A stretch of 64,000 nucleotides of DNA from Geopsychrobacteraceae bacterium (GCA_963676795.2 CAXXTB010000001.1:992001-1056000), one strand, 5' to 3'. Shown: positions 9,897 to 23,332, counted from the first letter of the stretch. Program-made: numbers and translations. The notes: generated by a model not told the origin, from the letters alone.

Positions 9897-10874
9897 TTAG
9901 AATCTGAAACGCAGACCAAGCATATAACCTGGGTCAACATCTTCAATGTCACTATCCTGTGCTTCGGCGATAACCCAAGCTTTGGTCTTGGGAATATGGT
10001 AAACGATACTGGTACTCCAACCATTTACATCGTCTTCCGCATCGTCTTCATAGGTTACGTTGAGGTAAGATGCTTTGAAGGTCCAGTCTTTGTAAGGGAC
10101 AACCACGGCTCCGACAATGAACTCGCCACCGTAATCATCGTTGTCTTCAGCTTCAGCGGTACTGTACTCAGCAAGCAGTTTAACGACTTTGAAATCATAG
10201 CTGGCATTGATGCCCATGGCAGTAATATCGCCATTGGTATCGTGATCGATTACCTGATAGGCGGCGGCGACGCTCCAGGCATCCTTGGCCGCAGTAATAG
10301 ACGCATCCCAGTAAGGACCATATTTGTCAGTTGAATCTGTCTTGTCTTCCAGTTCCACTTCAGCTCTAAAAGTCAGAAAACCTGCAATCTTTTTGGCTTC
10401 AAAGGAGATCAGATCATCGCCTTTACATGCGCCCCACAGGTCGATACCGGAGTAGCGACCGATGGAGTCATCGGTTTCATAGCGAATGCCAGGTCCGAGT
10501 TGCCACATATCCATAGCGTTCAGGTAGGTGCCGAAATAGACTTTGTAATTTTTATAACCAACTTCCAGACGGGCTTCTTCAAACTGCATGTCTGTTGTAC
10601 CAGAAGCATCTGCCGCCTTGTCTCCGGCGAGGTCAACACGACCACCGAGCCAGATGTCTTCCGTCACCTGGTATTTGGCGTAGTTTTTCAGTTCCAGGTC
10701 GTCGTAGTCCATGGCGAAATCTTCGTCATCACCAGCGGCCTGACGAAACTGGATCTGCCAGTCGCCGTCCAGTTTGTAGCTGAAGTTCCCCTTCTCATAC
10801 AGGGTAAACGCCTGTGCAGGCATTGTCATTGCGAACAACACAACTGCACACAAAACACCAACAATTGCTCTCAT
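9897..10874 (-). CDS. Outer-membrane porin (beta-barrel)
   Basis: Signal peptide (AQA), alternating beta-strands, C-terminal LGLRFRF; strong RBS. Confidence 0.8.
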   Translation of the reverse strand: MRAIVGVLCAVVLFAMTMPAQAFTLYEKGNFSYKLDGDWQIQFRQAAGDDEDFAMDYDDLELKNYAKYQVTEDIWLGGRVDLAGDKAADASGTTDMQFEEARLEVGYKNYKVYFGTYLNAMDMWQLGPGIRYETDDSIGRYSGIDLWGACKGDDLISFEAKKIAGFLTFRAEVELEDKTDSTDKYGPYWDASITAAKDAWSVAAAYQVIDHDTNGDITAMGINASYDFKVVKLLAEYSTAEAEDNDDYGGEFIVGAVVVPYKDWTFKASYLNVTYEDDAEDDVNGWSTSIVYHIPKTKAWVIAEAQDSDIEDVDPGYMLGLRFRF

Positions 10875-11244
10875 CGTACGTACCTCCCCTTTAAGGTCAC
10901 GATACAGCCGGCATTGGTAACCTATTTACCAAACCTGCTGCCTCCTTGAATGCATGAATCTCTATGACGACGGAACCATTAAGGCCCCGTTGGTATCAAT
11001 TCAGGCGTTTCGCGGGGAGGCTTGACGGGTTACAAAAGCTCAAGGCAAGGTCGATTTATCGTGCAGGACGGTTGCGTTTCACGCCTTTGTCCTTGATCAA
11101 TCTGCCAGGTCAGGTGATCTTCCGGACCCGTAAAAAGCCGGTGGGACGATCTAACAAGAACCCCCATATGTCGTTAATTTTCTGAAATTATTGCCTTTCT
11201 GGCTAAGCCTAGTAGACTACTCATATATTGATATGTTTTGTCAG

Positions 11245-11310
11245 ATAGTATTGTCTAAAGAACTATTGGTCAAATGAATGATTTTTATGCTTACTATTAG
11301 ATTTTCTAAT
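11245..11310 (-). promoter_or_regulatory. LysR-type motif copy A and promoter (toward porin)
   Basis: ATTAGAAAATCTAAT dyad, then CATTCATTTGACC, 17 nt, TACTAT on the minus strand. Confidence 0.7.
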
Positions 11311-11519
11311 TATGGAGGGGGAATGCCAACCGGGCCGGGAAACGCCCGTTTTGTTCTTTTTCCTTCAGCAGGCTTAGAGGGGGGGCAGGATGGGCTGCAT
11401 AAATAATTGATTATCCATTCTTGGTGAACCTGACGAACTATCAAACCCGACCAGAATCCTGTGACGGGATGTGTCTAAGAGGTGTTGGGGCCCTTCGCTC
11501 GATTTATTACCGGCATACT

Positions 11520-11585
11520 ATCAGTTTTTTTAAACTTGATCATGAAAAGCATTCATTTGATTTATGTTTGACCGAATGGTAGCCT
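11520..11585 (+). promoter_or_regulatory. LysR-type motif copy B and promoter (toward tctC)
   Basis: ATCAGTTTTTTTAAA, then CATGAAAAGCATTCATTTGATT, 17 nt, TAGCCT; same spacing as copy A. Confidence 0.7.
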
Positions 11586-11818
11586 CTAGGCTGTAAATTA
11601 AGCTGCTGTTTTTAAATGAATATTCAGTAATTTTCAACCAGGCCGCTTGCAGAGTTTATTCTCTGCGAATGACGCAGTTTATTGATTGACTTATTGATAT
11701 TCATCGGTTCGTTTGATGACTCTATCGATGCGCATGGGGCAGCGAAGAAAAAATATATTCAAGTACGCCTGTAATCCACCAATTACGGAAGGTCCTCATT
11801 TTAACAAAGGAGTTTGTT

Positions 11819-12808
11819 ATGAGAAGAACGCTGATTTGGCTGGTTATTTGTGCAACATTCCTGGTCTTTTCATCCGGCACCTGTTTCGCGCAGGATGCGT
11901 CATCCTTCTACAAGGGGAAGACCATTCTTGTTCTGATCCCTTCGGGGCCTGGCAGCGGTTTTGACCTGGTCTCCCGCGCTATCGCGCCCTATCTGGAAAA
12001 ATACACCGGGGCCAAGACGCTGCTGCAGAACGGCAAGGTCGGCCTGTCTCAGAACAAACTCTACAGAAGCAAGCCGGATGGGCTGACGGTTATCCTCTCC
12101 GGTCATGGAGCCAAGGAAATCACCGCCGAACTGTTCAAACAGGCTGGGGCAAATTACAAGTGGAAGGAATTTACCCTGCTCGGGCGTCTGCCCAAGAGTT
12201 CGACCGTTCTGGTTGTCGACAAGAGCAAAGGCTGGACAACAACAACCGACTTGCAAGGGGTACAATTTTTCTCAGGCGCCAGTTCTCCTTTCTTCGGTCC
12301 ATTATTCGCCGAGGCCTGTGGCCTTGATCAGATGGAGATTATTCCGGGGATGAAGGGGAGCGAAAGACGCCTGGCCATCCGCCGCGGTGAAATTCAGGCA
12401 ACAGTTGCCGGTATTGGCGAGCTTGCCGGGAACGAGGATATCATGCAGCCGATCGTTATGACCAACAGGGACGCCAAGCTGCCGGACGTGCCTTCCGCAC
12501 TGGACGTTGCCGTCAAGGGGAAGGAAAAGTGGGCAAGATGGGTTGCCGCCTGGGATGACGTCATCTACTGGTCCTATGCGACCCCGGGGATTCCACAGGA
12601 GCGGGCCGCTTACCTGGAGCAGGCTCTGGAAAAAACCTATAACGATCCTGAGTTCAGGGCTGAACTGGAAAAGCTGCATTTTGAGTTGTCCGAGCATTTC
12701 GTCGGCGCCAAGGAGCTGAAAGAACTGTCCAGGGGACTGGCCGATCTGACCGATGATGAAATTGCCGAAATGAAATACGTCATCAACGAGAAGTATCAGA
12801 AAAAATAA
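11819..12808 (+). CDS. tctC: Tripartite tricarboxylate transporter substrate-binding protein (TctC/Bug family)
   Basis: Signal peptide; FYKGKTI..PSGPGSGFDLVSR, KPDGLT motifs; adjacent to tctA/tctB. Confidence 0.85.
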   Translation: MRRTLIWLVICATFLVFSSGTCFAQDASSFYKGKTILVLIPSGPGSGFDLVSRAIAPYLEKYTGAKTLLQNGKVGLSQNKLYRSKPDGLTVILSGHGAKEITAELFKQAGANYKWKEFTLLGRLPKSSTVLVVDKSKGWTTTTDLQGVQFFSGASSPFFGPLFAEACGLDQMEIIPGMKGSERRLAIRRGEIQATVAGIGELAGNEDIMQPIVMTNRDAKLPDVPSALDVAVKGKEKWARWVAAWDDVIYWSYATPGIPQERAAYLEQALEKTYNDPEFRAELEKLHFELSEHFVGAKELKELSRGLADLTDDEIAEMKYVINEKYQKK

Positions 12809-12949
12809 CGGCAGGACTTCCCCTGCTCAAAGTCATGAACGAACGTTTCCTGACTTTGAGCAGGGTTGAATGCAGAACATGAATCAGCGCGAGGAACGAT
12901 CCAGGAAAACGGCAGGTTGTTCGGAATACCGTTAATCAGGAGAAGTACT

Positions 12950-14425
12950 ATGCTTGAAGCTGCAATGAGTGGTTTGCTGCAACTCTGTACCCCCTATTAT
13001 TTCCTGCTGTTCATGGTCGGAATCCTGATCGGTATTGGGGTCGGGATTATCCCCGGCATCGGCGGCACCGTCGCCCTGGCCCTGGTTCTTCCCTTTGTTA
13101 TCAAGCTGGATGCGGGAGCGGCGCTGCCCTTTCTGATGGGGATGGTTTCGCCGATTCTGACCTCTGACTCGATACCGGCCATTCTGATCGGTTCGCCCGG
13201 CTCACCGAGCGCGGCGGCGACGATGATGGATGGCTACCCCCTGGCCAAAAAAGGCGAAGCGGGGCGCGCGCTGGCGGCCGCTTTTGTCTCTTCGGCGCTC
13301 GGCGGTGTTTTCGGCGCCTTTCTGATCGCCATCTGTATCCCGATTTTGAAACCTCTGGTTCTGCTGCTACAGACTCCGGAATTCCTGGCACTCTGTGTGT
13401 TGGCTATCTCCGCCGTGGCGGTGCTCAGCAGCGGGAGCATTATCAAGGGGATCGCGGCGGCGGGTATCGGCATCCTGCTCGCCATGATCGGGGAAGACCC
13501 GATCCGCTTTGTCGTCCGCTGGAATTTCGGTTCCGAATATCTGATCGAACGGATCAATATCATCCCGGTCGCTCTCGGATTGTTCGCGATCCCGGAGATC
13601 CTTGAGCTGAGCGCCAGGGGCACCTCTGTTGCCAGGATTCAGGTGGGCTCGATGAAGGGCCGTTCCGACGGCATGAAAGACGTCCTCAAAAACTGGAAGC
13701 TGGTCCTCAGTTCCTCCGGAATCGCCGCCTTTATCGGCTTTCTTCCGGGCCTTGGCAGTACGGTTTCGACCTGGTTGTGCTACACCTGGACCGTGGTTAT
13801 CAGTAAAAACAAGGAAAATTTCGGCAAGGGGGATGTGCGTGGCGTCATCGGCGCCGAATCCGCCAGTAACGCCAGTGCCGCCGGGTCTCTGATCCCGACG
13901 CTGGCCTTCGGCGTGCCGGGCTCGGCGATGACCGCCCTGATGCTGGTGGTCTTCTGGGCGGTCGGCATATCACCCGGGCCCAAACTGCTGACCGAACATG
14001 TTGATATGGTCTTCCTGATCATCTGGTCGGTGGCCATTGCCAATATCATCGGCACCTTTATCTGTTACCGGCTCACCAACAAGCTGGCCATGGTCACCGC
14101 CATTCCTCCGCATATCCTCGCGCCGTTGGCCTTGACCATCGTGTTGACGGGGACCCTCTACAGCACCTCCGATGTCCGCGGCATCGTCACGCTGATCGGC
14201 TTCGGCCTGCTCGGCTGGTTGATGAAATCGTTGGGCTGGTCGCGCCCCGCGCTGCTGCTGGCGTTTATCCTCGGGCCGTTGATCGAGACCTTCTACTTTC
14301 ACACGACCATGATGTACGGCAATAGCTGGCTGTTGCGACCGTCGGTCATCTTTATCCTCATCTGCGCTTGTGGCCTGATCTACATGGGGATTTACCTGGA
14401 AAAGAAAGCCGGGCAGAGGAGTTGA
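12950..14425 (+). CDS. tctA: Tripartite tricarboxylate transporter permease TctA
   Basis: GIIPGIG, IPAILIGSPG, DGYPLAKKGEAG, GAESASNA, GVPGS motifs. Confidence 0.92.
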   Translation: MLEAAMSGLLQLCTPYYFLLFMVGILIGIGVGIIPGIGGTVALALVLPFVIKLDAGAALPFLMGMVSPILTSDSIPAILIGSPGSPSAAATMMDGYPLAKKGEAGRALAAAFVSSALGGVFGAFLIAICIPILKPLVLLLQTPEFLALCVLAISAVAVLSSGSIIKGIAAAGIGILLAMIGEDPIRFVVRWNFGSEYLIERINIIPVALGLFAIPEILELSARGTSVARIQVGSMKGRSDGMKDVLKNWKLVLSSSGIAAFIGFLPGLGSTVSTWLCYTWTVVISKNKENFGKGDVRGVIGAESASNASAAGSLIPTLAFGVPGSAMTALMLVVFWAVGISPGPKLLTEHVDMVFLIIWSVAIANIIGTFICYRLTNKLAMVTAIPPHILAPLALTIVLTGTLYSTSDVRGIVTLIGFGLLGWLMKSLGWSRPALLLAFILGPLIETFYFHTTMMYGNSWLLRPSVIFILICACGLIYMGIYLEKKAGQRS

Positions 14426-14427
14426 TT

Positions 14428-14949
14428 ATGAGACAGGTCATGCAATTTGGCTTTACCCTGGCGTGTATCATTGTTCTTGCTGTCTGTCTCTTTGTCGCGC
14501 AGGGGTGGAATTCGACGACCGCCTTATTTCCGCGTGTCATCGGTTATCCGATCCTGGTGCTGCTGATCGTCATTCTGGTCATGGACATAGTCAAAGAGCG
14601 TCGCCTGGTACAAGAGGACAAGAGCGAGCAGGATGCGGCGTTCAAAAAGTTCAACCTCAACATGATCAAGTATTTCGGCTGGCTGATAGGTTTTGTCGTG
14701 CTGATGTGGCTGGTCGGCATTGTCTACACGGTGCCTGTCTTCATCTTCAGCTACATGAAGCGCGAAGGGCGTTACACCTGGCTGGCGAGCCTCTCTTCTG
14801 CCGTGGCCATGACGGTTTTCATTGTTGTTTTCTTTCAGTACCTTTTCAAGGTCGCCTGGCCGGAAGGGGTTCTTTTTACCTGGCATGAGGATTCTACGTT
14901 CTTCGCCCTGTTCAGGTTGAGGGAGTTTTTCAGCTCACTATTAAGTTGA
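14428..14949 (+). CDS. tctB: Tripartite tricarboxylate transporter small subunit TctB
   Basis: Four TM segments, LFPR and VAWPEG motifs; follows tctA. Confidence 0.8.
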   Translation: MRQVMQFGFTLACIIVLAVCLFVAQGWNSTTALFPRVIGYPILVLLIVILVMDIVKERRLVQEDKSEQDAAFKKFNLNMIKYFGWLIGFVVLMWLVGIVYTVPVFIFSYMKREGRYTWLASLSSAVAMTVFIVVFFQYLFKVAWPEGVLFTWHEDSTFFALFRLREFFSSLLS

Positions 14950-15089
14950 AGATGCCGCTCATAAGCGTCGTTTCTCCTGCTAAGCCTGAACTGCTGTCAC
15001 TGATCGTGGGAGCGGTGTAGGTGTCTTTGGGCAGGACTGGTTTTCCCGGGATGAACAGTTTTGATACCCCTTGAAGGAGGAGAGCGCTG

Positions 15090-16160
15090 ATGGTCAGACC
15101 GAGAATTTTTATTTTTGCTCCCGTGCACAGGATGGGGGCCTCCGAAAACGCTTACGACAATCTGGAGGACGCGTGCGAGGTCGTCTACGGTAACGCGTCA
15201 TGGCAAACGCCGATGGGCGACAATGAAACGGAAATGTGCAACATGGCACAGGGCGCTCAGGCGCTGACCGGCGGTTCGATCAAGAGCAGTCCGATTACCG
15301 GCGCGATCATGGACAGTGCTCCTGACCTGCGCATTATCGCCAAATGTTCAATCGGGGTTGATGATGTCGATGTCGCTGCGGCCACAGAGCGGGGGATTCT
15401 GGTCACCCACAGCCCGACTGAATCGAACTGGTCCGGGGTCGCCGAAGGAACCTTCGCCTTTATGCTCGCTTTGCTTAAAAAAATCCGTGAACGGGACGAG
15501 TTTGTCAAACGAGGAGACTGGCGGCATCCCTCCCTGCAGGGCCGGTCGGTCAGCAGGCATCAGGAAGGTTACGCGGGGCTTACTATCGGCATCGTCGGTC
15601 TTGGGCGGATTGGACGGCGTTTTGCCGATTTACTCGCTCCGTGGCGGGTCCGGATTCTTGCCTGTGACCCCTACGTCGAACTGTCGCGCTTTATTATGCA
15701 CAATGCGGAGCGGGTGGATCTCCAGACGTTGATCAGGGAGTCCGATGTCGTCAGCCTCCATGTCACCCTCTCGGAGGAAACCCGTCATATGTTCGGGCCT
15801 GAAGAGTTTTCCCTGATGAAGACGGATGCGATCCTCATCAATACGGCACGTGGCCCGGTGGTCAATAGCGAAGCGCTGATCGCTGCATTGGAAAATGAAC
15901 AGCTGGCCGCCGCCGGACTGGATACCTTCGAGAATGAGCCTCTGCCTGAGCATTCACCGCTGCTCGGGTTGGGGCATAAAGTCCTGTTGTCTCCGCACAT
16001 GGCGTCATCAAACCTGGATGGCGGGCTGAGACAGGGAATTATCTGGGCCAACACGGCCGTCTTGACGGCTCTTCGGGGAGTCGTTCCTGACCATGTTTAC
16101 AACAAGGACGTTATCCCTCGCTGGCTGGAACGCTTCGGGGGACGAGTAGCGTCGCACTAA
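15090..16160 (+). CDS. D-isomer-specific 2-hydroxyacid dehydrogenase family protein
   Basis: GLGRIG Rossmann motif, INTARG, DTFENEP, SPH. Confidence 0.9.
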   Translation: MVRPRIFIFAPVHRMGASENAYDNLEDACEVVYGNASWQTPMGDNETEMCNMAQGAQALTGGSIKSSPITGAIMDSAPDLRIIAKCSIGVDDVDVAAATERGILVTHSPTESNWSGVAEGTFAFMLALLKKIRERDEFVKRGDWRHPSLQGRSVSRHQEGYAGLTIGIVGLGRIGRRFADLLAPWRVRILACDPYVELSRFIMHNAERVDLQTLIRESDVVSLHVTLSEETRHMFGPEEFSLMKTDAILINTARGPVVNSEALIAALENEQLAAAGLDTFENEPLPEHSPLLGLGHKVLLSPHMASSNLDGGLRQGIIWANTAVLTALRGVVPDHVYNKDVIPRWLERFGGRVASH

Positions 16161-16302
16161 AAGGTGTGGCGTGACCACACGCGGTTGATTCTCGGGATCA
16201 TTGAAAGGATTCCTGTTGCAGATATTTACCAATAGAAAGGGGGATACCGGTTTTTCAGTATATTTGAGATTTGTCAACGATGACTAAAAAGGAGATGCGA
16301 AC

Positions 16303-17832
16303 ATGAAAAAGATTTTAATTGCGTTATTCGTAGCTTTTTCAATGGCAGTTGTCTCTACCGTAGCCATTGCCGCAGCGGACCAGCCTCATTCTGGTGGTGA
16401 TATGACCATACTGATCACCCGCCCGGCAACCAACTTCGGCTACCCCCCAAAGGTACATGGACCAAGCCAGGACTATGTGCCGCCGATGTTCAACCGTTTA
16501 CTTGCTATTGCTGATGATGGTGAGATATCCCCCGACCTGGCCACCTCATGGGAGGTGTCCGCAGACGGAAAGACCTACACTCTCAAGTTGAGAAAAGGGG
16601 TTAAATTCCACGACGGGACAGCATTTAACGCTCAGGCCGCCAAGGCCAATCTGGTCAATCTGATGCCCCCTAAGGGAATCGTACTTGAGGGAATCGAGAG
16701 TATCGACGCTGTTGACGATGACACGCTCAAAATCAATCTTACCAAACCAAACAATCTGATCCTTTATCAACTCGCAGCCAATATTGCGACCTTTATGTAC
16801 TCACCAACAGCCCTGGAGGCTCATGACGTTGACTGGGCCATGGCGAACCCGGTGGGGACCGGTCCCTTCATGATGAAGGAGTACCAGTCCAAGGACTACA
16901 TGCTGCTTGAAAGAAACCCGGATTACTGGGACAAGGGACTACCTTACCTTGACAGAATCCGGATCAATACCCTGACCGACGGTATGACCCAGATGATGAC
17001 GTTCAAGGCTGGGCAAGCCAACGGTATTTATGATGTCGTTCCTGCCATCGCCGCCCAGTTGAAGGATGCCGGATATGACCTGCTGGTTGCTCCCGGGTCG
17101 CTCTATTCACTGAGCTTCGATGCGAAGGGCTCGAAATACCTGTCGAACCCTAAAGTCCGCAAAGCGATTGAATACGCAATCGACAAAGAAGCGATCTGTA
17201 ATGGTCCCGGACGTGGCCTGTACGAACCTGTCTACCAGGTCGTACCGACCAAAAACCCCGGTTACAATCCGAATCTCACACCACGTAAGTATGACCCGGA
17301 GATGGCCAAGAAATTACTTGCTGAAGCCGGTTTTCCCAACGGTTTTACCTTTAATGCCTATTTCCAGTCTCATACCTGGAGAGACGGTATCGCTGCCGTT
17401 AAAAGCTACCTGAGTATGGTTGGCATCGATATGGAGATCAACTATCTGACCTCGGCAGCCTATTCAAAAATCAGATCGGCCGGCGAGATCGAGAAAGGTG
17501 GGGCCGCCCAGGCCACTTTCAATACATTTGCCAACAGCCTGTTGATGATGGATTTCTATTGGCGTTCCGATGCTAAAATCTATCAGTACATTTCCAGACC
17601 TGCCGGAACGGATGACATGGTGAACAAGGGGCAGCTTGTTAAAACCTCCGCTGAATCGAACAAGGCTGTTCAGCAGATAACCAAGCTGATTTACGAGGAT
17701 GCGACCGTGGTGCCTCTCTGGTTGAATCCAAGGATCGGTATCGTTGACAAATCGGTTGGGGATATCGGCTGGTTTATTGCCAACGACTCGAGTCAGAACA
17801 AACTTGGCCATAAGACCTGGATCAAGAAATAA
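16303..17832 (+). CDS. ABC transporter substrate-binding protein, family 5 (Opp/Dpp/Nik-like)
   Basis: Signal peptide; LATSW..LRKGVKFHDG, PVGTGPF, VRKAIEYAID motifs. Confidence 0.9.
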   Translation: MKKILIALFVAFSMAVVSTVAIAAADQPHSGGDMTILITRPATNFGYPPKVHGPSQDYVPPMFNRLLAIADDGEISPDLATSWEVSADGKTYTLKLRKGVKFHDGTAFNAQAAKANLVNLMPPKGIVLEGIESIDAVDDDTLKINLTKPNNLILYQLAANIATFMYSPTALEAHDVDWAMANPVGTGPFMMKEYQSKDYMLLERNPDYWDKGLPYLDRIRINTLTDGMTQMMTFKAGQANGIYDVVPAIAAQLKDAGYDLLVAPGSLYSLSFDAKGSKYLSNPKVRKAIEYAIDKEAICNGPGRGLYEPVYQVVPTKNPGYNPNLTPRKYDPEMAKKLLAEAGFPNGFTFNAYFQSHTWRDGIAAVKSYLSMVGIDMEINYLTSAAYSKIRSAGEIEKGGAAQATFNTFANSLLMMDFYWRSDAKIYQYISRPAGTDDMVNKGQLVKTSAESNKAVQQITKLIYEDATVVPLWLNPRIGIVDKSVGDIGWFIANDSSQNKLGHKTWIKK

Positions 17833-17837
17833 TATTT

Positions 17838-17878
17838 ATACCGGGCAGGCCCCTGATGAACAGAGGGCTGCCCGGTAT
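17838..17878 (+). terminator. Stem-loop after the SBP gene
   Basis: ATACCGGGCAG...CTGCCCGGTAT inverted repeat. Confidence 0.55.
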
Positions 17879-17955
17879 CATATGTTTGATTGCGAATGAT
17901 GGATTCTTGGGTTCATATTTGTATTATGTTCACAAGTGAAAAGCGGAGGATATCC

Positions 17956-18915
17956 TTGGAAATATTAAGTCGTTCGACCTGTCCCATGCCATTGCTTCCC
18001 GGTGAGGCCCTGTTGCCGCAAGTCGAAGCTGAACCATGGCTGAAGATCGATGACGGCGACGTCTTTCTCAAAGGGATTGCCTTTGATCGCGATGATAACC
18101 TGCTGTTGATGACAGCTCCGCTTGGTAACATCGACAAGAGTATGGCCGGGAGGCTCAATCGAAGTATCCTTTCAATCTCGCCTGAAAAGGCGATAAGAAC
18201 CTTGATTAATCATCCGACGGCCAGGATGTGCGATCACGCTGTTCATCAGGATGGCCGGATCCTTATTGCCTGTCTGAGCGGTGAACTGCTGGTTGCGAAT
18301 CCTGACGGGAGTGGATTAAGACCAATAGAATCCAGATGTCAGGACAAGCCGGTCAAGCTGAGCGATCTGACCTTTGATTCACGGGGCTACCTCTATGTCA
18401 CCGATTTCACAGGGCGTCCGGGAAGTCCGACCGGCGGAGTCTATCGCTGGGCACCCGACTTTCAGTCGGTGGAATCCTTGCTGCCAAACCTGATCACACC
18501 CAACGGCATCGCCTTTGCGCCCGATGACAAATCATTCTGGGTGAGCTGTTCACTGGCTAACGAAGTCATTTATGCGACCCTGAGCGGGGATCGCAACAGC
18601 GTAGAGAAGGCCGCTGTTCAATACCGTCTCTGTGGTCCTGCCGGAGGGGATGGCATCCGCGTCGATGTGCAAGGGAATATGTATCTGGCGGTCAACTTCC
18701 AGGGGCGGGTGCTGATTCTCAACCAGTATGGGATTCCTGTCGCCCATGTCCTGATGCCTGGTCGTGACAGGGGGGAATTAATGCAGACCACCAATGTCGT
18801 CTTCCGCCCGGGCTCAAACGAGGTCTATATCGCCGCGTCCGGCAAGCTTGGCGGCGCATGGATCTACAGATTTCAGGGACTCGCCGAGGGGCTGACGCTG
18901 TTTTCCCATAAATAG
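17956..18915 (+). CDS. SMP-30/gluconolactonase family (Drp35-like lactonase)
   Basis: DLTFD..YVTDF, PNGIAF, DGIRVDVQGNMY, MPGRDRG motifs; TTG start after GGAGG. Confidence 0.85.
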   Translation: MEILSRSTCPMPLLPGEALLPQVEAEPWLKIDDGDVFLKGIAFDRDDNLLLMTAPLGNIDKSMAGRLNRSILSISPEKAIRTLINHPTARMCDHAVHQDGRILIACLSGELLVANPDGSGLRPIESRCQDKPVKLSDLTFDSRGYLYVTDFTGRPGSPTGGVYRWAPDFQSVESLLPNLITPNGIAFAPDDKSFWVSCSLANEVIYATLSGDRNSVEKAAVQYRLCGPAGGDGIRVDVQGNMYLAVNFQGRVLILNQYGIPVAHVLMPGRDRGELMQTTNVVFRPGSNEVYIAASGKLGGAWIYRFQGLAEGLTLFSHK

Positions 18916-19035
18916 TTCTCCTCTCCGCCGGTAAGTTCGGGAGATGCTGTCCAGTCCGCTAGAGGGGCGCTCCTGTCTCGTTTCAAACCTTATGGCGTTT
19001 CGGCCAGATTGAAAACAGAATGAAACCCGGCGCGA

Positions 19036-20269
19036 TCAGTTCGTGTCCTGGATTCTGATTTTAGGAATATCCCTTACCGGTTTGGCGAAGCACATCAGGG
19101 CGATCAAAGACAGCAGGCCGACGACGCCGGAAAATTCAATGGCAACCGAGACGGAAAACAGATCGGCAATCGCGCCGAGGACAAAGCTGGCAAAAGGAAT
19201 CATCGCGCGGTCAACGAGGTAGATTGAGGTAATTCGGCCGCGCAGGCGATCCGGAGAGAGAATCTGGACCAGAGTATTGTTGTTGACGCGGAACAGCATC
19301 ATCGACAGACCGATGAACGGGACGAGCAGGAAGGCGATCCAAGGGACCCTGGCTTGAGAAAGCAGGATCAGAAAGCTGGTTGCGCTCGCTAGTGAGATGA
19401 TGCCGAGCCAGCCATTGCGCGTCGAGCCGCGCGAAGAGGCCAGTATCAGCGTCGCCAGAACCCCTCCAATGCCGAACGATGCCATCAGATAGCCGTAGGT
19501 GTTCGCTTCTGAGCGCAGCACGAGATCGGTGAATGCCGGCAATAACTGAGTAATGGGAATGACGAAGAACGACGGAATAAAGCTCAGGATGATCAGGGCG
19601 AAGAGCGACTTGTCGTTCCAGATGTAATGCCCTCCCTCGCGCAGACCTTTCAGGAGCGAGATCTCTGTTTTTGTCTCCGTGTCGCGATAGGGGGTCTTCA
19701 TCGGCAGGAGAATCACGACCAGAGACAGGAATAGTCCTGCCTGGAGCAGAAAGTTCCCTGCCGCTCCCAGGGTGACGATGAGGATTCCGCCCAGCGCAGG
19801 GCCAAGCACGCGACTGGTGTTGAACGCCAATGCGCTCAGGGCAATGGCATTGGGCATCCCCTCGCGTGGCACTGTATTGGCGATGAGCGCCTGGCTGACG
19901 GGCATAAAAATCGCTGATCCGCAGCCCATCAGCAGACTGAACAGGACGGCATGCCAGACCTGGACCCAGTCCATGGCCACAACGACGGCAAACAGAACCG
20001 CAATGACCGCCATCAGTGTCGTTGTGACCATGAGCAGGCGCCGCCGATCGATCTTGTCGGCCAGAACGCCGGAGAACGGGCCGATAAACAGGAAGGGGAG
20101 GGTCCATAGCCCCGCAGTGATGCCGACGATCGTGGCCGATCCGGACAGTTTCCAGACCAGCCAGGCAAGCGTTGTCTGCTGAACCCACAGGCCGCCACGG
20201 CCCAAAACGTTACTGATCCACAGATAGCGATAATTCTTATGGCGCAACGAGGCAAAGATGCTGTGCTCG

Positions 20270-20283
<14 letters not shown>
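19036..20283 (-). CDS. MFS transporter (MFS_3-like)
   Basis: GVLADKIDRRR motif A; 12 TM; paralog of 7562-8872 and 34942-36240. Confidence 0.85.
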
Positions 20284-22339
<2,056 letters not shown>

Positions 22340-22387
22340 AATCTCTCCTTGCCTGTTGCCATGGCTGGGCTTTGGGGAGCAACGTGC

Positions 22388-23287
22388 CTACAATGTTCCT
22401 CGCAGTTTCGGATCGAGCGCATCGCGCAGGCCGTCGCCCACCATATTGGCGGCAAAGACAACCAGCATGATCGCGACACCTGGAGCCATCGACAGTATCG
22501 GGGCGATCATCAGGTTCTGATACCCTTCACTGACCATCGAACCCCAGGCCGGATCCGGTGGCTTGATGCCGATGCCGAGAAAACTCAGACTTGCTTCGGC
22601 AAGAACGGCCCTGCCGACCTGCATGGTCAGCAGGACGATCAGGGGCGGAAAACAGTTCGGCAGGATGTGGGACAGCATGATACGCAGATTGCTTGCACCG
22701 CCAACCTCGGCGGCGACAATGTAGTCCTTCTTCAACACAGACAGGACCTGGCCACACATCATCCTGGCGTAAGGGGGGATCATGGCGATCCCCAGAGCGA
22801 TAATGACATTCTTGATGCCGCCGCCGAGAACCGCAGCGATGGTAACGGCCAGCAGGATCGGCGGGACCGTCATGATGGTGTCCATTGCCCGCATGATGAT
22901 GACGTTGATGACCTTGCCGTAGAATCCGGCAATCAGGCCTAAGGTCATGCCGATGATCGCGGCAATATTGACGGCGACGACACTGACGATAATCGTCACT
23001 CTCGACCCGTAGATGAGCCGGCTAAGGGTGTCTCTGCCCAGCTGGTCCGTGCCTAAAAGATGGGCTTTGCTGGGGCTTTCGAGGGTATTCATCAGGGCTG
23101 GCGCATTTGGATCATAGGGGGCTATCCAGGGGGCAAAAATGGCCATCAGTGTCAGCAGGACGATGATAATAATGCCGAATATGACGATCTTCCGTCCCAT
23201 GAAAACTCTGAGGAGTCTTCTGGTGCTGCTGATGCGTGGCGGGGCTTCTGCAAATTTTTGTATCGTCATTGTGTTTTCCAGTGCCAT
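22388..23287 (-). CDS. Opp/Dpp ABC permease (OppC-like)
   Basis: LGTDQLGRD, HILPN, EASLSFLG motifs. Confidence 0.92.
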   Translation of the reverse strand: MALENTMTIQKFAEAPPRISSTRRLLRVFMGRKIVIFGIIIIVLLTLMAIFAPWIAPYDPNAPALMNTLESPSKAHLLGTDQLGRDTLSRLIYGSRVTIIVSVVAVNIAAIIGMTLGLIAGFYGKVINVIIMRAMDTIMTVPPILLAVTIAAVLGGGIKNVIIALGIAMIPPYARMMCGQVLSVLKKDYIVAAEVGGASNLRIMLSHILPNCFPPLIVLLTMQVGRAVLAEASLSFLGIGIKPPDPAWGSMVSEGYQNLMIAPILSMAPGVAIMLVVFAANMVGDGLRDALDPKLRGTL

Positions 23288-23332
23288 GATTTCCAATCTC
23301 CTTCAGCGTCTCTTATCTACGGACGACAGCTA

